This document shows, piece after piece, positions 26,713-39,958 of a stretch of DNA of 64,000 nt. The position numbers and the translations under genes are program-made. Below the pieces are notes generated by a model. It was not told the DNA's origin, did not search any database, and worked only from the letters and a program-made list of their open reading frames with translations. Location of the stretch: the NCBI RefSeq assembly GCF_964204645.1, contig NC_134033.1, forward strand, positions 10,238,655-10,302,654, given 5' to 3'. Position 1 is the first letter of the stretch; the number at the start of each line of letters is the position of its first letter. The DNA comes from Tubulanus polymorphus. Taxonomy: Eukaryota; Animalia; Nemertea.

Positions 26713-28204
26713 CCTGTTATATTTACTGGTTATCTATATTTCCCTTTAAACCAGTTCCATATTTGTGAGTAATTAATTGATTAATAGCAAATGTACTAAT
26801 TTAATCTTCCTATTGTCGTTATGCAAATCCTGTTGAAAAACTTTGGAACACCGGTCTAATTTACGTATACGTCATATTCTCTTATTCCCAGATCGATAAA
26901 GTTACGCAAATGTTCAAATACGATCTAACAGGAGAATGGTGGTTGAAATGAGAAATACATGTATGTGTTCGTGTTTTCGCAGCTGGATAGGTCGCTCTAT
27001 GAGTGTCGCATAGTGTTAAACTCTAGCCCATAGTTTAAGATCTATATCTCCTCAGTAAAAGCCTATATAACATACATACACGAGGACAGTCACGAATACA
27101 GGGTTCGGATTCCTTTAACAAAAATCATTCGAGCGAATTGAAAATGAAATAGAAAGCTTCGAACAATCGAAAGGAGGGCTAAACCGGTTTTTACGACCCG
27201 GAGAACTCTTATCAGATCTCAAGCCGTAGCGACTTATGAAATAGCAAGACAAAACAACTCCGCACCAGAATTCAGTGGGTTTATATTTCGTACATAGAAA
27301 TCTAATAAAATAGCGTTCGTGTTTTCTGTGTCGTGACGACAAATAGCTAATGAACTGATGTCACATCGAGAATGGAAAGAATTCATGTAAACGGTCTAAG
27401 ATTCGATTCCTACTGAAAGAGTTGATTGACACAATACACAACGAGTGAATTACAGCGGAAAAAAAACTTCCGAATTGAACATTTGAATGCACTCTTAACA
27501 CTTAATCTAGCCTGAAGGCAGTCATAGAATTCCCCCATATTTAATTGGATCAGGCTACAAATCAACCAAGGTAGAAATTAATATATGGTTTGACAATTTC
27601 TCGTACGAAATAGAAATGTTGAACGCGAATTTTGTGGAATATTTGACGTTGGAAAATCCAAAGCAAAAACAAGAATATTAGTTAGTAGAAAATTGTACTG
27701 GGCTGTATTGCATTTTTCAAAAGTACAGATTTGTTGATTGGATTAATTTTCACTATTCATTACCGTCACAATAGTGACTTCTAGTGAAGCATGTTGCGGT
27801 AAACACTGATCCACTAAAAAACTGTAGCCGTGAGCTACGAATTGAATTTGAAATGAAATTCTCACGATTAGTTCAATGTTGTTTATGATTTCGTTGACAC
27901 AAATGAGTTTCATGTCGATGTCGTATTTTTGTTGATATAATAGCGAATTCTAGGGTTGGTTGTAGATTCACACGGTTTCTATCATAACAACTGAATTGAC
28001 GCGTCAAATCATCAGACAATAAATCATCGTGATTATCACACTGAATTTCATCGCGTTTATGTCGCCTTTAATATTAAAACTATCGCTATCGGTTTTCATT
28101 CAACAATGAAAATGACACTAATTGAAAAAAAAACAACCGAATACAGTAAAACACGAATAGCTGGTGACCAGTGACTAAGACTCAATAGCCGCCTTTACTT
28201 TACT

Positions 28205-28345
28205 TTAGATAATAATAGTAAAATAATAATGCGATTTATATATGGCGCTAAATCCAGCCAGGCTGCTCAGAGCGCTTTACATAAAAGCCGCCTTAAAAAG
28301 AAAGCATTTTACCTGCATCCTAAAATAATCGATGGATGTGAATAG
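28205..28345 (-). mobile_element. L2-like LINE/SINE 3' terminus
   Basis: Minus strand TGTAAAGCGCTCTGAGC...GCGCCATATATAAATCGC followed by an (ATT)n-like tail, the typical L2 3' stem-loop pattern. Confidence 0.5.
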
Positions 28346-30231
28346 ATACTTTATTTCCGATTAACTTAGTTCATTTACATATGACAATTAGAGCGTAATA
28401 CATTTGCAAAGGTAAAATAAGAAAAAAATAGTACATGTATGATTACAGATGGCCAAAGCTTTAAGCGAATGTTTACATAACAGTTTATACAAATGTTCAT
28501 AAATCTTCTACATTTTTCTGTTGCATCAAAGCTCTGAATTTGAAAGGATTTGGATCAGTCGAAAAATATTGGGCCAATCTAATGATCTAAGACTAGTCTT
28601 AACATTCAACGCCATTATTGTACTGGAGTCATGCCTGTTCCGATCCACTGGGTCCAGGCCCCTCCGACCTCAAACATAGCAAGGCACTAGGACCCCTCGG
28701 CTGATACGTATAAAGTCTACATGTATATTGTAATATTTTGATATTATGTTATATACACTGGAGAGTTTTTAAAGAGTTGATTTGATTATGGGACCAGTTA
28801 AAACAAGCCTGTTTCATGAAGCATCTGAATTTAATGTATCGAAAATACGAATACAACACGCGAATATTTATAAAATCAACGTGTGCAGTTCTGATAATTA
28901 CGCCACCACAGAAACTAACGAGTAAAAATTCCTCTCAAGCTATAAATTGATCGCTGTTAATGGCTATTTTGTCTGATAGCCTATCAATAATGATTTTACA
29001 TTTATCCTACATCGGGACAAGAAATTCACTCACGAAAGAACAATATCAGTGCTGCTAGCTGCTCGTATACTGTAGGACCTCAAGCACAGGGCCAGTTTCA
29101 CATTTTGGAGCCAAATCTAATACCGACCCTGTGGTACTGTATGGTCTATGATAGCCTACCTATACAATGAAAATCTGTAGATAAACTTCTAATGTAACTG
29201 CAAGCGACAGGAAGACAACCCATCCATTCATGATAATACAATATCCCCTTAACATATCATCAAAACCATTTCCAACAACGGACAATATCGGACAAATCAT
29301 TATCAATATTTCATAAATACGTACAGTAACATTACCTTACTCGGTCGTGTTGGGACACCGGGAATATTTAACGTTTCTCCCAAACCAATTCACCCTAACC
29401 CGAGTAGTCAAATCGACCGGTAGCAACATGCTGTTTACGTATATAGCTATCCATATAAAACTATTACCAATACTTACAGCTTTGTTAGAAAAATGAATTC
29501 ATCACCGAGAAATCAGCCGTCGTAATCCGTGTGAGAGACCAGCTAGCAGCTCCGTTACTAAGCGAACCAGTGCTGCAGCCGCTGTCCACGCTGTGGTCCA
29601 TACGCGTCCTTCCACAGACCAATCCCTTCAATCTTACACGTAATGAAAACAGAAACACCTGGTGACTAGAGAGATCTAAGACGTCGGGTCTGAGAGCGTG
29701 TGCGTGTGTGTATGCGCAACGTGAAAGTAAGATTGTTATTAGCAACGAAAGTAATTCGTCTTTCCCCCAGCCCAGCAGATCGTCTTAATGCAGTTCTGCT
29801 GTTTTACATGTCACTTGGTCGATTTAATGAAAAATTGTCATCTACACATTTGCATAATTCACAGGAGTTTATTCGAAATAGTACGTAATAAACATTACGT
29901 ACTCACGGCGCTTATTTCGATATTTTCCAATAAAAATGACGTCTATAACTCACATATGTCTGTACGTACGTAGCTAGGTACGTAGGTATCTTTGAAGTGC
30001 GAGTAATTTCATCTCAGTCACAAACCCCAGAAACGTGGAACTCTCTTATTACTCGCGCTCAGATGCAAACCCTGTCAAAAACGATCAATAGGTCACCGAT
30101 TCGAAACTTTGAATATCTACAAAATTGAAATCGTTCATAGAAATCCCTTTTACTGCATCGTCATATTCAGCAACAGAATTCATTCCCAACTCGTCCATAT
30201 AGATCCTAAACTGTAGTCTATTCGTGATGTA

Positions 30232-30258
30232 TGGTGGTGGTGGTGGTGGTGGTGGTGA
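30232..30258. repeat. (GGT)n microsatellite
   Basis: tggtggtgg run. Confidence 0.9.
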
Positions 30259-30772
30259 TTATTGCACGGTTCAGTGGTCGGGGGCCTAAGACGTATGTAC
30301 AACAAGCGGTATAAAACTAAAACTAATAAACCACACAAAACAATCCCGATATGGTTGTTATTGACAGTACACACCGCCGCCGCGTAGACAGTCTATGCTA
30401 GACGATATACGTGTCAAAAGAACACTTAAGATATAAAGTGTCCAGCAGGAGATTCGTTAAACCTTTTACAACCAAAGGTCAATGTGTCATAAGCCCCCAA
30501 CGAATTAGACTCAATTCCAGTTCGATATTACAGTACATGCGCAAAATAGCAACCTCGAGAATATTCATTGTTTTCATGTAAGATCCGGAAATCATGATTA
30601 AGTAAAGAAAATGATCCGAAATTTGTTTCCATATATCGGACCGAAAAGAATACTGAGAACAACAAACTTATATGATTATTTACCAGTAAATTGCTTATTT
30701 TTGAATTTAAATCAAACAATTCATTTTGCAATGTGGTCCAATATGATCCGAATGCAACCTCCTACGATTCGG

Positions 30773-32367
30773 TTAATTTGAATGAGATCTCCTCCTGTTC
30801 GTATCGGAATAGGACCCAATCAGTGAAAATTCGGGATCGGGAACTTCAGTGAGATAAGGTAGTTCCTCATAAACCCCTTCTTCCAGGACTCCACCTTTAT
30901 TAGTGGCGGCGTATGAAACCGGTAAACACTGGTTTCTACTGCGGGTACATTTCTGAGTCACCGGATCATACCAGGTCGTCATGTTCAACTTGATGGTTTG
31001 CCGATGGATGATTTTCCAATTTGAAAATTTCACTCATAATACTGACACGGGTCGACTTCATCCGGGTATTTAGTGCCTGGTTCTTTTCCATCACAAGTAA
31101 AAGCGGCTTCAAAATGAAATACATTTGATAAACTTATATAGATGTGATAGAAATTGCTCTGCTTAAATGATCCACGCGAAGATATACACCTTTTTACTAT
31201 CAGGTTATTCTAGTATACTCTTTTACGCCGTTAATGTTGTAGAAAAACATCATTTTTGATATATGCATCTTAATTTTGTAAGCCAATGAGCATATCAAAT
31301 ATAATAGCATTATGGCGATAACTCATAAGTGTTATCGATATCATAGAAATTTGCGAAGGAAAATCGTTTAACACTTACGATTTACATCGCAGTCCATGCT
31401 TAATTTCTGATTTTCCATCAAATCTGTAAATAATACGCCAGAGAAAATACGATAAATTTCAAAACATTTCCTTCATCTCACTCCTCCCTCTCACCGCTCT
31501 GTCCCCTGTTAACAACAGCACTCACACTCCGGTGAACGGAGAAAAAAGGGCCAAGGAAAGAATGGCCAAGGAAAAAATGGCCAGGAAAAAATGGCCAAGG
31601 TATTTGCCCTAGGAAAAATGGCCAAGGAAAAAATGGCCACGGAAAAAAAGGCCAAGGAAGATTGAATAGAAAACTAACCATCATTTCATTGACTAAAAAG
31701 AAATCAAATGCATTGAAGTTTTGATATGTCACTTTTTGAGATTATTAGACCTATTCCTGGATTAGTTTAGGTGAATTTATGATGAGCATATCTCACTTCG
31801 ATGTCATCAGACACTACATCAGTTTGCTATATAAATAACCACACAATTTCAATGCATTTACCTTTGATGATTTAATACAGTCTGTGCCCTAATAGCTTAC
31901 TTAGATGTTTTGAAAAACCAATTTAGTTAATTTATCAATTTTAAGTTTATCACTATTAATTTTATCCATTGCCCACTTGCATGATAGTTCTTTCATGATA
32001 GTTCTTGATATATATTTATTATATGTAATGAAATAAATGTAAGCTCATCACATTTCTGAACTCATTATAGCGATTTTAATTGTTTTTAGCCCCATGAAAA
32101 ATAAATGATGTCATTAAATTGAAAGCTTAATGTTTATTAACATTGTCAGTAGTTCTCATAAATTTTCCAAGGCCTTTTTTCCGTGGCAATTTTTTCCTTG
32201 GCCATTTTGCCTAGGCAAATTCCTTGGCCATTTTTTTCCTTGGCCTTTTTTTCCTTGGCCATTTTTTCCTACATTCTCACACTCCATCTTCGAAGGAAAT
32301 ATTTCTATATCGTTTTCTTCCCGGCTGCCGAACGTGGTCGCCCTCATCTTCGTCAATTTCGTGCAAC
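30773..32367 (-). pseudogene. Truncated pseudogene (copy C) of the metalloprotease-chitin-binding gene
   Basis: Homologous to the last three exons of copies A/B (~32367-32281, 31423-31379, 31106-30773); 2-nt deletion in ...TTCGAAG-ATGGAG; +1 frameshift and stop after DPCQ plus an internal deletion in the CBM14 exon; no HEXXH exon; transposon inserted at the splice donor. Confidence 0.85.
31531..32276. mobile_element. Foldback/Mutator-like non-autonomous DNA transposon
   Basis: Inverted arrays of GGAAAAAATGGCCAA at both ends (~31540-31660 and ~32165-32270); flanking direct repeat TCACACTCC (31522-31530, 32277-32285; 10 bp if the adjacent C is included) = target-site duplication. Confidence 0.85.
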
Positions 32368-32879
32368 TGAGGAGCATATAAATCCCTGTTAAAATCCGTT
32401 ATCTGTAATACGTGATCTGTCCCATTTTTTACAACAAGGGTAAAAATTCTGTGAATTTTTCTCCATGCGGTTTTGTATGTATTTTTCTTTTCCCAATTAG
32501 TATTCGTGTTTATACTTCGTCAAATCTGTAAATACAACTACTATGTATTAATTAACCTGTAATTTTGGAGCATAATAAACCAATTTCTAAAAGCGTTAAG
32601 TGTTTGGGTTACAGTTGGAAACGGCCACGAACGCGGGCCTGTCAGATAACAGTTATAATCGGCTCAGACTTAGCACTCCCGGCTTCCTGAAAAGCCCTCA
32701 TCACGTTCTGCACGCGGCCGGTGCGGTTTATAATCCTCGCTTGCAAGGGTTTGATTGCCGCCAGCTGAAGTCACGCCAACAGAAACCATGGCCGCAAACG
32801 CTTCATCGGTATATCACATTCACGCCCAATATTTCTTGGGTGGATAGGTTGCTCGAAATTGTAATGTATTTCGTAAGTG

Positions 32880-33212
32880 ATTGAGGCACCTAAAGGCAGC
32901 CATTTCTGACAAAATTAGTGAAAGTATTGATAAAGGTGTGACGACAGTTATTTTGACTTGTCAAAAACTTTTGATACGATAGTTTACGATATATTTCTTA
33001 ACAGATTAGATCACTACGGTATCAGAGGCTTACCTATTGCATGGTTTAAAAGTTACTTGATCGGGCAGAGGAGACGATTGATAAATAAATGTAAATGGCT
33101 TTGCTTCAGTTGTAATATAAAAACATACTTCTACTGTTTGGTCAATTTATCTTGGAGTGACGGAGGGTGCCATCTTGGGCCCATTCTATTTCTATATTTG
33201 AATGATTGCGTT
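32880..33212 (+). mobile_element. Degenerate non-LTR retrotransposon reverse transcriptase fragment
   Basis: DLSKTFDTI...LDHYGIRGLPIAWFKSYL...LGPILFLYLND, the RT motifs DLSKAFD and LGPxLFxxYIND of L2/CR1-type elements. Confidence 0.85.
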
Positions 33213-33616
33213 TAAGTAAATGGCCGAATAAAACACGCTAATCCATGTAAACTGTAGATCTATGAAGAAATTTGAGTGATTCTTGGGCTTTTCGTTGTTT
33301 ATAGTTAAGTTTCGTTAAGTTTCCTTCGAATTGCGGGACATCTTCATTCATTGCGTTAACGCTTCAATCTCCACTTTTTCAATATGTGTTGTTGGCCGAT
33401 GATTCAATATTTTCAAATGCCACTCAACGACGAACCACCTTGAACTCATTACATGACAAATATTGAGAACAACAAACATATGATTATATAATTATTTTTC
33501 ATAAACTTGTTTATTCTATTACCAAACGAATCCAACAAATTTTGTGAACTGGCAACGAGCGGAATACATCCCATCAATTCGACTTGTCTTTGGCACCTTC
33601 ACCATTTTTGATCTTA

Positions 33617-36600
33617 TCATTTTTTTCCATCCTTGGTCTTGGGCCTATCCTTTTTTCCCTTCTCCTCGATCTTATCATTCCCTCCCTTCCCAGTCTTATC
33701 ATTTTTTTCCTTCTTGGGCCTATCCTTTTTTCCCTTCCCCTTGATCTTTTTATTTTTCGCCTTCCTGTTCGTATCGGAATAGGACCCAATCAGTGAAAAC
33801 TCGGGAACTTCAGTGAGATAAGGCAGTTCCTCATAAACCCCTTCTTCCAGGACTCCACCTTTATTAGTGGCGGCGTATGAAACCGGTAAACACTGGCTTC
33901 TACCGCGGGTACATTTCTGAGTCACCGGATCATACCAGGTCGTCATGTTCAACTTGATGGGTCGATGTTTAGAAAATTCCGTTTGACTCCATCCGTACAT
34001 GACCTTGGCGCATTGATACATGCGACGGTAAACGCGACCTTCCTCATCGCACTCATAATACTGACACGGGTCGACTTCATCCGGGTATTTAGTGCCTGGT
34101 TCTTTTCCAACACAAGTAAAAGGGGCTTCAAAATAAAATGAGTATATAGAAATGGTTAAGTTTAGATTATTTGTGCAAACATAGTAAGTAATCCGCGAGT
34201 AAGTGCAATCATGATGGTAACGTGGCGGTCACAGCTATGGGGAAACTTTCGCGTGATGGAAATTGCAAAATAAAACCTTGAATACGTACATGTTCCATTA
34301 CAGTCCATGTTCAATTTCTGATTTTCCATCAAATCTAGAAATAATATGAGAAAAAGCCATGAATTTTAAAACTCCCCCACTCCATACTCTCTCCCTCTTC
34401 TCTTCCCTTTTGAACGGACACTCACACTCCATCTCCTCTAAGGTACTATTTCTGTATCGTTCTCTTCCTGCCCGTCGCACATGGTCGCCCTGTTTTTTAT
34501 CAATTCTGTGGAATTGGCACCGACTGATGTAACGGTTTTCACACGGGAATATAGAACGCAGGAAATCGTAAATTGTTGGTAATTCTGTCTTCATCTGAGC
34601 TCGATTTGTAACGCTGATCCCACGGAAGTAATCACCAATGTAAACTTGCGTTGAAACGGCCTGAAAATAGAGCAGTCGATCTGGTTGACGGTTATATGTA
34701 CCCACAAGTTCTACAGCTGTTTCATTTTTCTTGGCCCTTGGAGATTCCAAATTAGAGAATGGTGCATTTTTGATGCAAGAGCTGCGAGTAACACAGCCGC
34801 AGTTAGAATTTGACTCTCGGGACAAAACATTGATTACAATGAACTCACTTAAACTCAAGAACTGTGGAACTGGGTCTAGAACGATGGAACTGGATCACGA
34901 ACCATGGGTGGCAGCAGAAATTTTCTACAGGGGGTCGAGTACGTAATATTTAACTAAAAGTTGCCGAAGGGCGGAGCCCGCTCGGGTGCGAAACGCATAC
35001 AAATTGTTATGCAGTGTAGCACAGAGGGAGAGCGCAGCGGAAATTCCTGCATTTTGTCATGGAGATGCATTCCGACGCAATCAACTAATTAGGCCTATTA
35101 CCAACGAATACGTCGAGAACAACGGGGCTTAACCATCCACAAATATTAATGATTCCATCTAATTATTTGCCCCGCACCCGGGCGGGATCTTCCCTTCAGA
35201 CATTTTAGGCTTCATGACAAACGCTCAATATTTATCAGCAGTAAAGGACCCAGTTACGGTAAGAGCAATAATCAGGCGTTGATTGTGACTGGTGACGACA
35301 CATCGACGATCGTTATGTGCTGCCACCGCATTATCGAGGTCAATTCCCTATGCGACGACCGTTTTTGAATTTTTGAAAAGGGCCGGGTCGTTCACACCCC
35401 AACCCCCTCTGGTGCCGCCCATCCGAACTACAGAACGGGCCAAGAACTGTGAAACTGGATCTGTGGAGCTGGATCCAGAAGTGTGAACTGTACCTAGAAT
35501 TGTGGAACTGAATCCATAATTGTGGAATTGGATCTGTGGAACTGGGTCCAGGACTGTGGAATTGCATCCACAACTGTGGCACTAGATCCACAACTATGGA
35601 ACCAGAAGTATGAAACTGTGTTGAGAACCCGCGGTACTGAGTCCAGAAATTTGAAACTGGGTCGAAAACTGTTGAACTGGGTCGTCAACTATGGAACTGG
35701 ATCCAGATCTCTGAAACTGGGTCCAAAACTGTGGAATTTAACCGAGCCCAGCGATTGGTTTCCGGCCCCAGAATTTGTTGGAATTTGAGAACCCATAGAG
35801 GATAATCTACTTACAAAAAATTCCTCGGCGTCTGTAAACTCATATCTATTATTATGCATCATTGCTTGATTTTTAGCTTCATAGATTTCGAAAAGTTCTT
35901 TGTTTTTCTGTTCCCCTTGAGATTCGTACATACCGAGCCTACGCACACCGTGTGCGAACTCGTGCATGGCCACGTCTTCACTGGAACACCTAGATCACAA
36001 AAACAAACTTAAAGTCATCATAATGAATTTCGATTGCCCGGTGGCTTGTTTTCGTCGTTTCTCGATACTCACGGATACGACTGATATCCTAAACCGGCGA
36101 CGTTGTTTTCCCAGACGAACGTGAACGGAATGTTAATCGTTGGTCCGAGTCCGCCTTGAAACAAGCTCCGACTGTAGCGTGAATATTGAGGGGAATCATT
36201 GATATTTTCCGTCATCGCTAACACGACGAAACGACCATGGTTTTTGTAGTAATTACGGCGAATATCTTTACGATCCGCCAACATGAATCGGGCCAAGTAG
36301 CACGCCCTTCTCAGAGAGTAATCACGAACTTTACTTGAAGCTGAAACAAAAACGGAATAATCAAATAAAATACGTTTAAAGTTCCAGTTAACCATATAGT
36401 TGTCTCGTAATTGAGAATTCTGAATAGTTTTAGCAATGGTACTGATTAAGAAATGTTTGATTTCAGAGAATGGTAACAAGTCACTAATAGTAAGTTGTAG
36501 GAATTGAAGTCAAAATGAAGGCCGAAAGGCCAAGAAAACGAGAATAGAGAAAGTTGAAATAATTCAGTACCGTATTTCATTATTTCCATTTCATTAATGA

Positions 36601-38105
36601 AAAACTGAAATTCAAGTAGTGACACATATAGGTAAAATCTAGTTAAAAGTAAGTTCCAACGACTGCTTAATTTCAATTGAAATAATTTAATTCTTCAACA
36701 TAAAGGAATTGTGCTAAATTTTATGAATAAAATAAATGCTATCTAATCGAAAATGTATGTTGATAAATGAGCATAGAAAATAAAGCTTCAACGAAAGAGT
36801 ATAATATTATTTCAACGATTAGCAATCGATAATCATTTATCATTTATACCAAATATAGACATGAATAAACATTTCAAATCTCAAAATTATAAGTTAAACA
36901 GAAAATGATATGAAATTACTGAGTACTGACATCCAAAAAGTAAGAAAGACACTGTGAAATATGAGTATGTTTTATCAGAATAGATAATACAATTTTAAAT
37001 CCTCTCGCGGATGCGAGAATAAAACGTGTTATAAAGGCAGATGAAGATCAACGTTAAATCATATATTAAGTATGGACTAAAATAGATAGTGAGAAATTAG
37101 AATTAAAAGATCATATTGCAACATTTAAAGTTTTATTATGTGATTGACTTATTCTACGTATAAGACAAGATTTCTGGATCTGTTAATGAATTTGGTACAG
37201 AATACTGTTTTCTTTTTTAATAGTTGTGTTTCGTGTTTATTGGAAGTGGATCTTTATTATAAAACTTTTTGGACTAATGAGCTGCCCCTCAAAATACCAG
37301 GTTTTGACCACTATCGCAATTGACTTTTCAAATGTTTCCATATTCTAATAGATAATATCATGTATATGATATCACTTACCAATAACGGGAATGTTATAAG
37401 CGTGAAGAAACTTCTGATAGAAATCACCAATTTTAGCGAATGTAAGCTCACGGTATTCAGCTGGTACTGATTTGATATTCGTACATTCTGAGTCGTCGGT
37501 TGGTTCTCCTCCTCGAACTATAAAAATCAATTGCTTTGTTTTTTTCACGGATTTTGTAACATGTTAACGCAGTTTTCATACAGGATAAAAATCCGTCATT
37601 TTGAATTCTTGTTGTTTGAGAATTAGGATTATATACAAAAGCATGTTTCCTTACAAATATTTTGAAAGAGTATGTGTGACCGTTAACCAGCCCTTACCAA
37701 CACTTACCTGGTTCTCTGCGACCGCGAAATTTCACTTTTTCTTCTTCTATCTACATATGGTTGAAATAAATAAGACTCCACAATAGAGAAGTGATGACTT
37801 ACCCAAACTTAAACGAGAGTTCGATTTTTAAAAGCGCAACCCACAGTTGATGAGTTGATGATATAACAGTTTACTATAAACCCCATCAACAGAGAACGAA
37901 AATGAAAATGGTAAAGACAATATTTTCGTTTCTCCGTTGGATGGGGTTTATGAAAAACTGTTATATAAAGTTTCAGCTGTTATATTAAGTTTAATTAGTT
38001 AAAAACTACCTTTAGATCTTCAGCATGAAAATCAGGAAAATGTTCTGCTGTCATGAGACTGAACAAACAGGGCCAAATCACAAAGACAATCACTGCACAA
38101 TGCAT
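33617..38105 (-). CDS. Secreted zinc metalloprotease (ATLF/M34-like zincin) with C-terminal chitin-binding type-2 domain and Lys-rich tail, copy A, ~502 aa
   Basis: Exons 38105-38010 (signal peptide MHCAVIVFVIWPCLFSLMTA), 37750-37708 (RGRR), 37517-37380 (FYQKFLHAYNIPVI), 36340-36073, 35989-35815 (HEFAH...YEFTDAEEFF), 34660-34426, 34334-34290, 34125-33617 (CVGKEPGTKYPDEVDPCQYYEC...C...WYDPVTQKC...C); total 1509 nt, in frame. Confidence 0.85.
35430..35745. repeat. Tandem array of the ACTGTGGAACTGGATCCAGA motif (amplified MITE terminus)
   Basis: About 14 imperfect ~21-bp units matching the TIR of the 9700-9913 element. Confidence 0.75.
37861..37966. mobile_element. Small hairpin MITE in copy A intron 1
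   Basis: ATATAACAGTTT...AAACCCCATCAAC / GTTGGATGGGGTTT...AAACTGTTATAT; absent at the matching position of copy B. Confidence 0.6.
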
Positions 38106-39590
38106 TGTGTTCAGTGGTCAACGAAGTAATGAATTTATTATTGAAATGAATCTGTTTTGTCGGGGAAATTAGTAGAATTTCAGCTGCGGCAAAATGCTAC
38201 TCATAAAAAACTCTAAACATTTAGCATCGGTACATGACAAAGAAACATGTGGCCCTCCATGTCATGTACCGAAAACCACTCCATAGCAAATTCGGGCCGT
38301 AAACCACTCCATAGCCAATTCGGGCCGTGAGTATATGTAAAAGAGTGCAGATGTTAAGTCTGATTTCATAGAATCGATTAAGTATAATACACAAACAATA
38401 TGCACGTGCTATAATGTTTTTCGTTTGCGGTTTGGAACGTTCGGGCACACTCTCCGGTGCACATTCCTCGCTGTGCGCCTGAAAACAGTTACGTAACTCT
38501 AGGGATCCGGATTAGGACTCGATCCAAGCTACCCGGGATCCATTCACATCGCACTCTGTGATAAGTAATAGAATCGATAACTCGCTGCTGCAGTCGTCTC
38601 TACGAGTATTAATTTGATATACTCGCTGTTTGTCAATAATACTGGATGATGCCTCGACCTCATTTTGAACCGCTTCTCCTAACGCTGACTTGAAAAAGTG
38701 ATAATGCGGAAAAACCCCATAGTACCTGAGAGGTAAAGTTAAAATGATAAAGCTGAAATGTTGAGTGAACTACAGCTCAAGGGAAACCATTCGGACTCAT
38801 TTTTATTTTCTAAATTGTGGGATCTTAACCTGCGTTTCTGACAGCATTTTACATACATCTAATTTTAGAAATGGCCATAATTTTAACTTGAGTTGTATAT
38901 TATTATTATCTTTCAATTGTGATTGCTAGAATGTTTTTGTAAACGGCCATTAAGGCTTCATGTTTCGTCTGTACTTTACTGCAAATAGTTACGTAACTAC
39001 GCAAATTCATGTTTTTGACCGCTGCACACTCAATCGGGACAGTTCGTGACTGCCTTCTCTGTGGCATTGTCATTTATTAACATCGCCATATCACATCATT
39101 TATTTTTATTGTGCCTTGAAACGCTAAAAGCTGAAATAATGTAAATTCATCTACAATTTCTAGCATTGAAAATTCAAAAGGTGGCCATGTTTGTTTCTGT
39201 TGCTTCGCGTAAGTCCCGCGCGGTGGTGCATCCGCGAGTAGTGGGGCCAATACGTCCAGTTTTTAATACTGCTTTATCATTTCTATCTACTGAATGCTCT
39301 AGATTCCGAGTTGTGAAATCTGCTTCTAATGGATGAGCAGGGGCGGATTTAGCCTAGCTATTGAGTACTGCTCGTATAGGGAAGGGCATCTATGTCATAG
39401 AAAATCTTGAATTTTTTTAGGGCTCCGAGACGCAATCTGAGCAATTTGGGGCATCACATCCTTCTCTGCAAGTTTTACCGACCATTTGTGACTATTCATA
39501 TTGCCCATTTTAAAAATTACTTCTAATCAGAACTTAGAATAATAGAATGGCACCTCAACAATCGTGAGCGGTAGGCTGGGACCGCCACTG

Positions 39591-39826
39591 ATGAGAGTTA
39601 AATCAGGATATCACACCGTCAAGTATCAATTGATTTCACTTTCAGAATCATGATCTCGTCAAGAAATATCTTGAATTGAAATATCTTGTTGACAGGTAAA
39701 TGAGAAATGAGAGTTAAATCAGGATATCACACCGTCAAGTATCAATTGATTTCACTTTCAGAATCATGATCTCGTCAAGAAATATCTTGAATTGAAATAT
39801 CTTGTTGACAGGTAAATGAGAAATGA
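39591..39826. repeat. Perfect tandem duplication, 116-bp period
   Basis: ATGAGAGTTAAATCAGG...GGTAAATGAGAA starts at 39591 and again at 39707. Confidence 0.9.
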
Positions 39827-39958
39827 AAATTCATGTTGAGAACAACAAACATGTATCATTTTCTCATTAATAACTTGTTCTATTTTCGAATAAATCGAAC
39901 AACTTATTTTTGCAATGTGGTCCAATGATCGAATCCAACCTCCACCAATTGGGCTAAT

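Noticed and set aside
31478-32392. WPFFP / GQGKK repeat ORFs
   Set aside because: Translations of the foldback transposon's 15-bp terminal arrays
38510-39100. Exon-like open frame on the minus strand upstream of copy A
   Set aside because: No recognisable motif, no counterpart in copy B, and neighbouring frames contain stops
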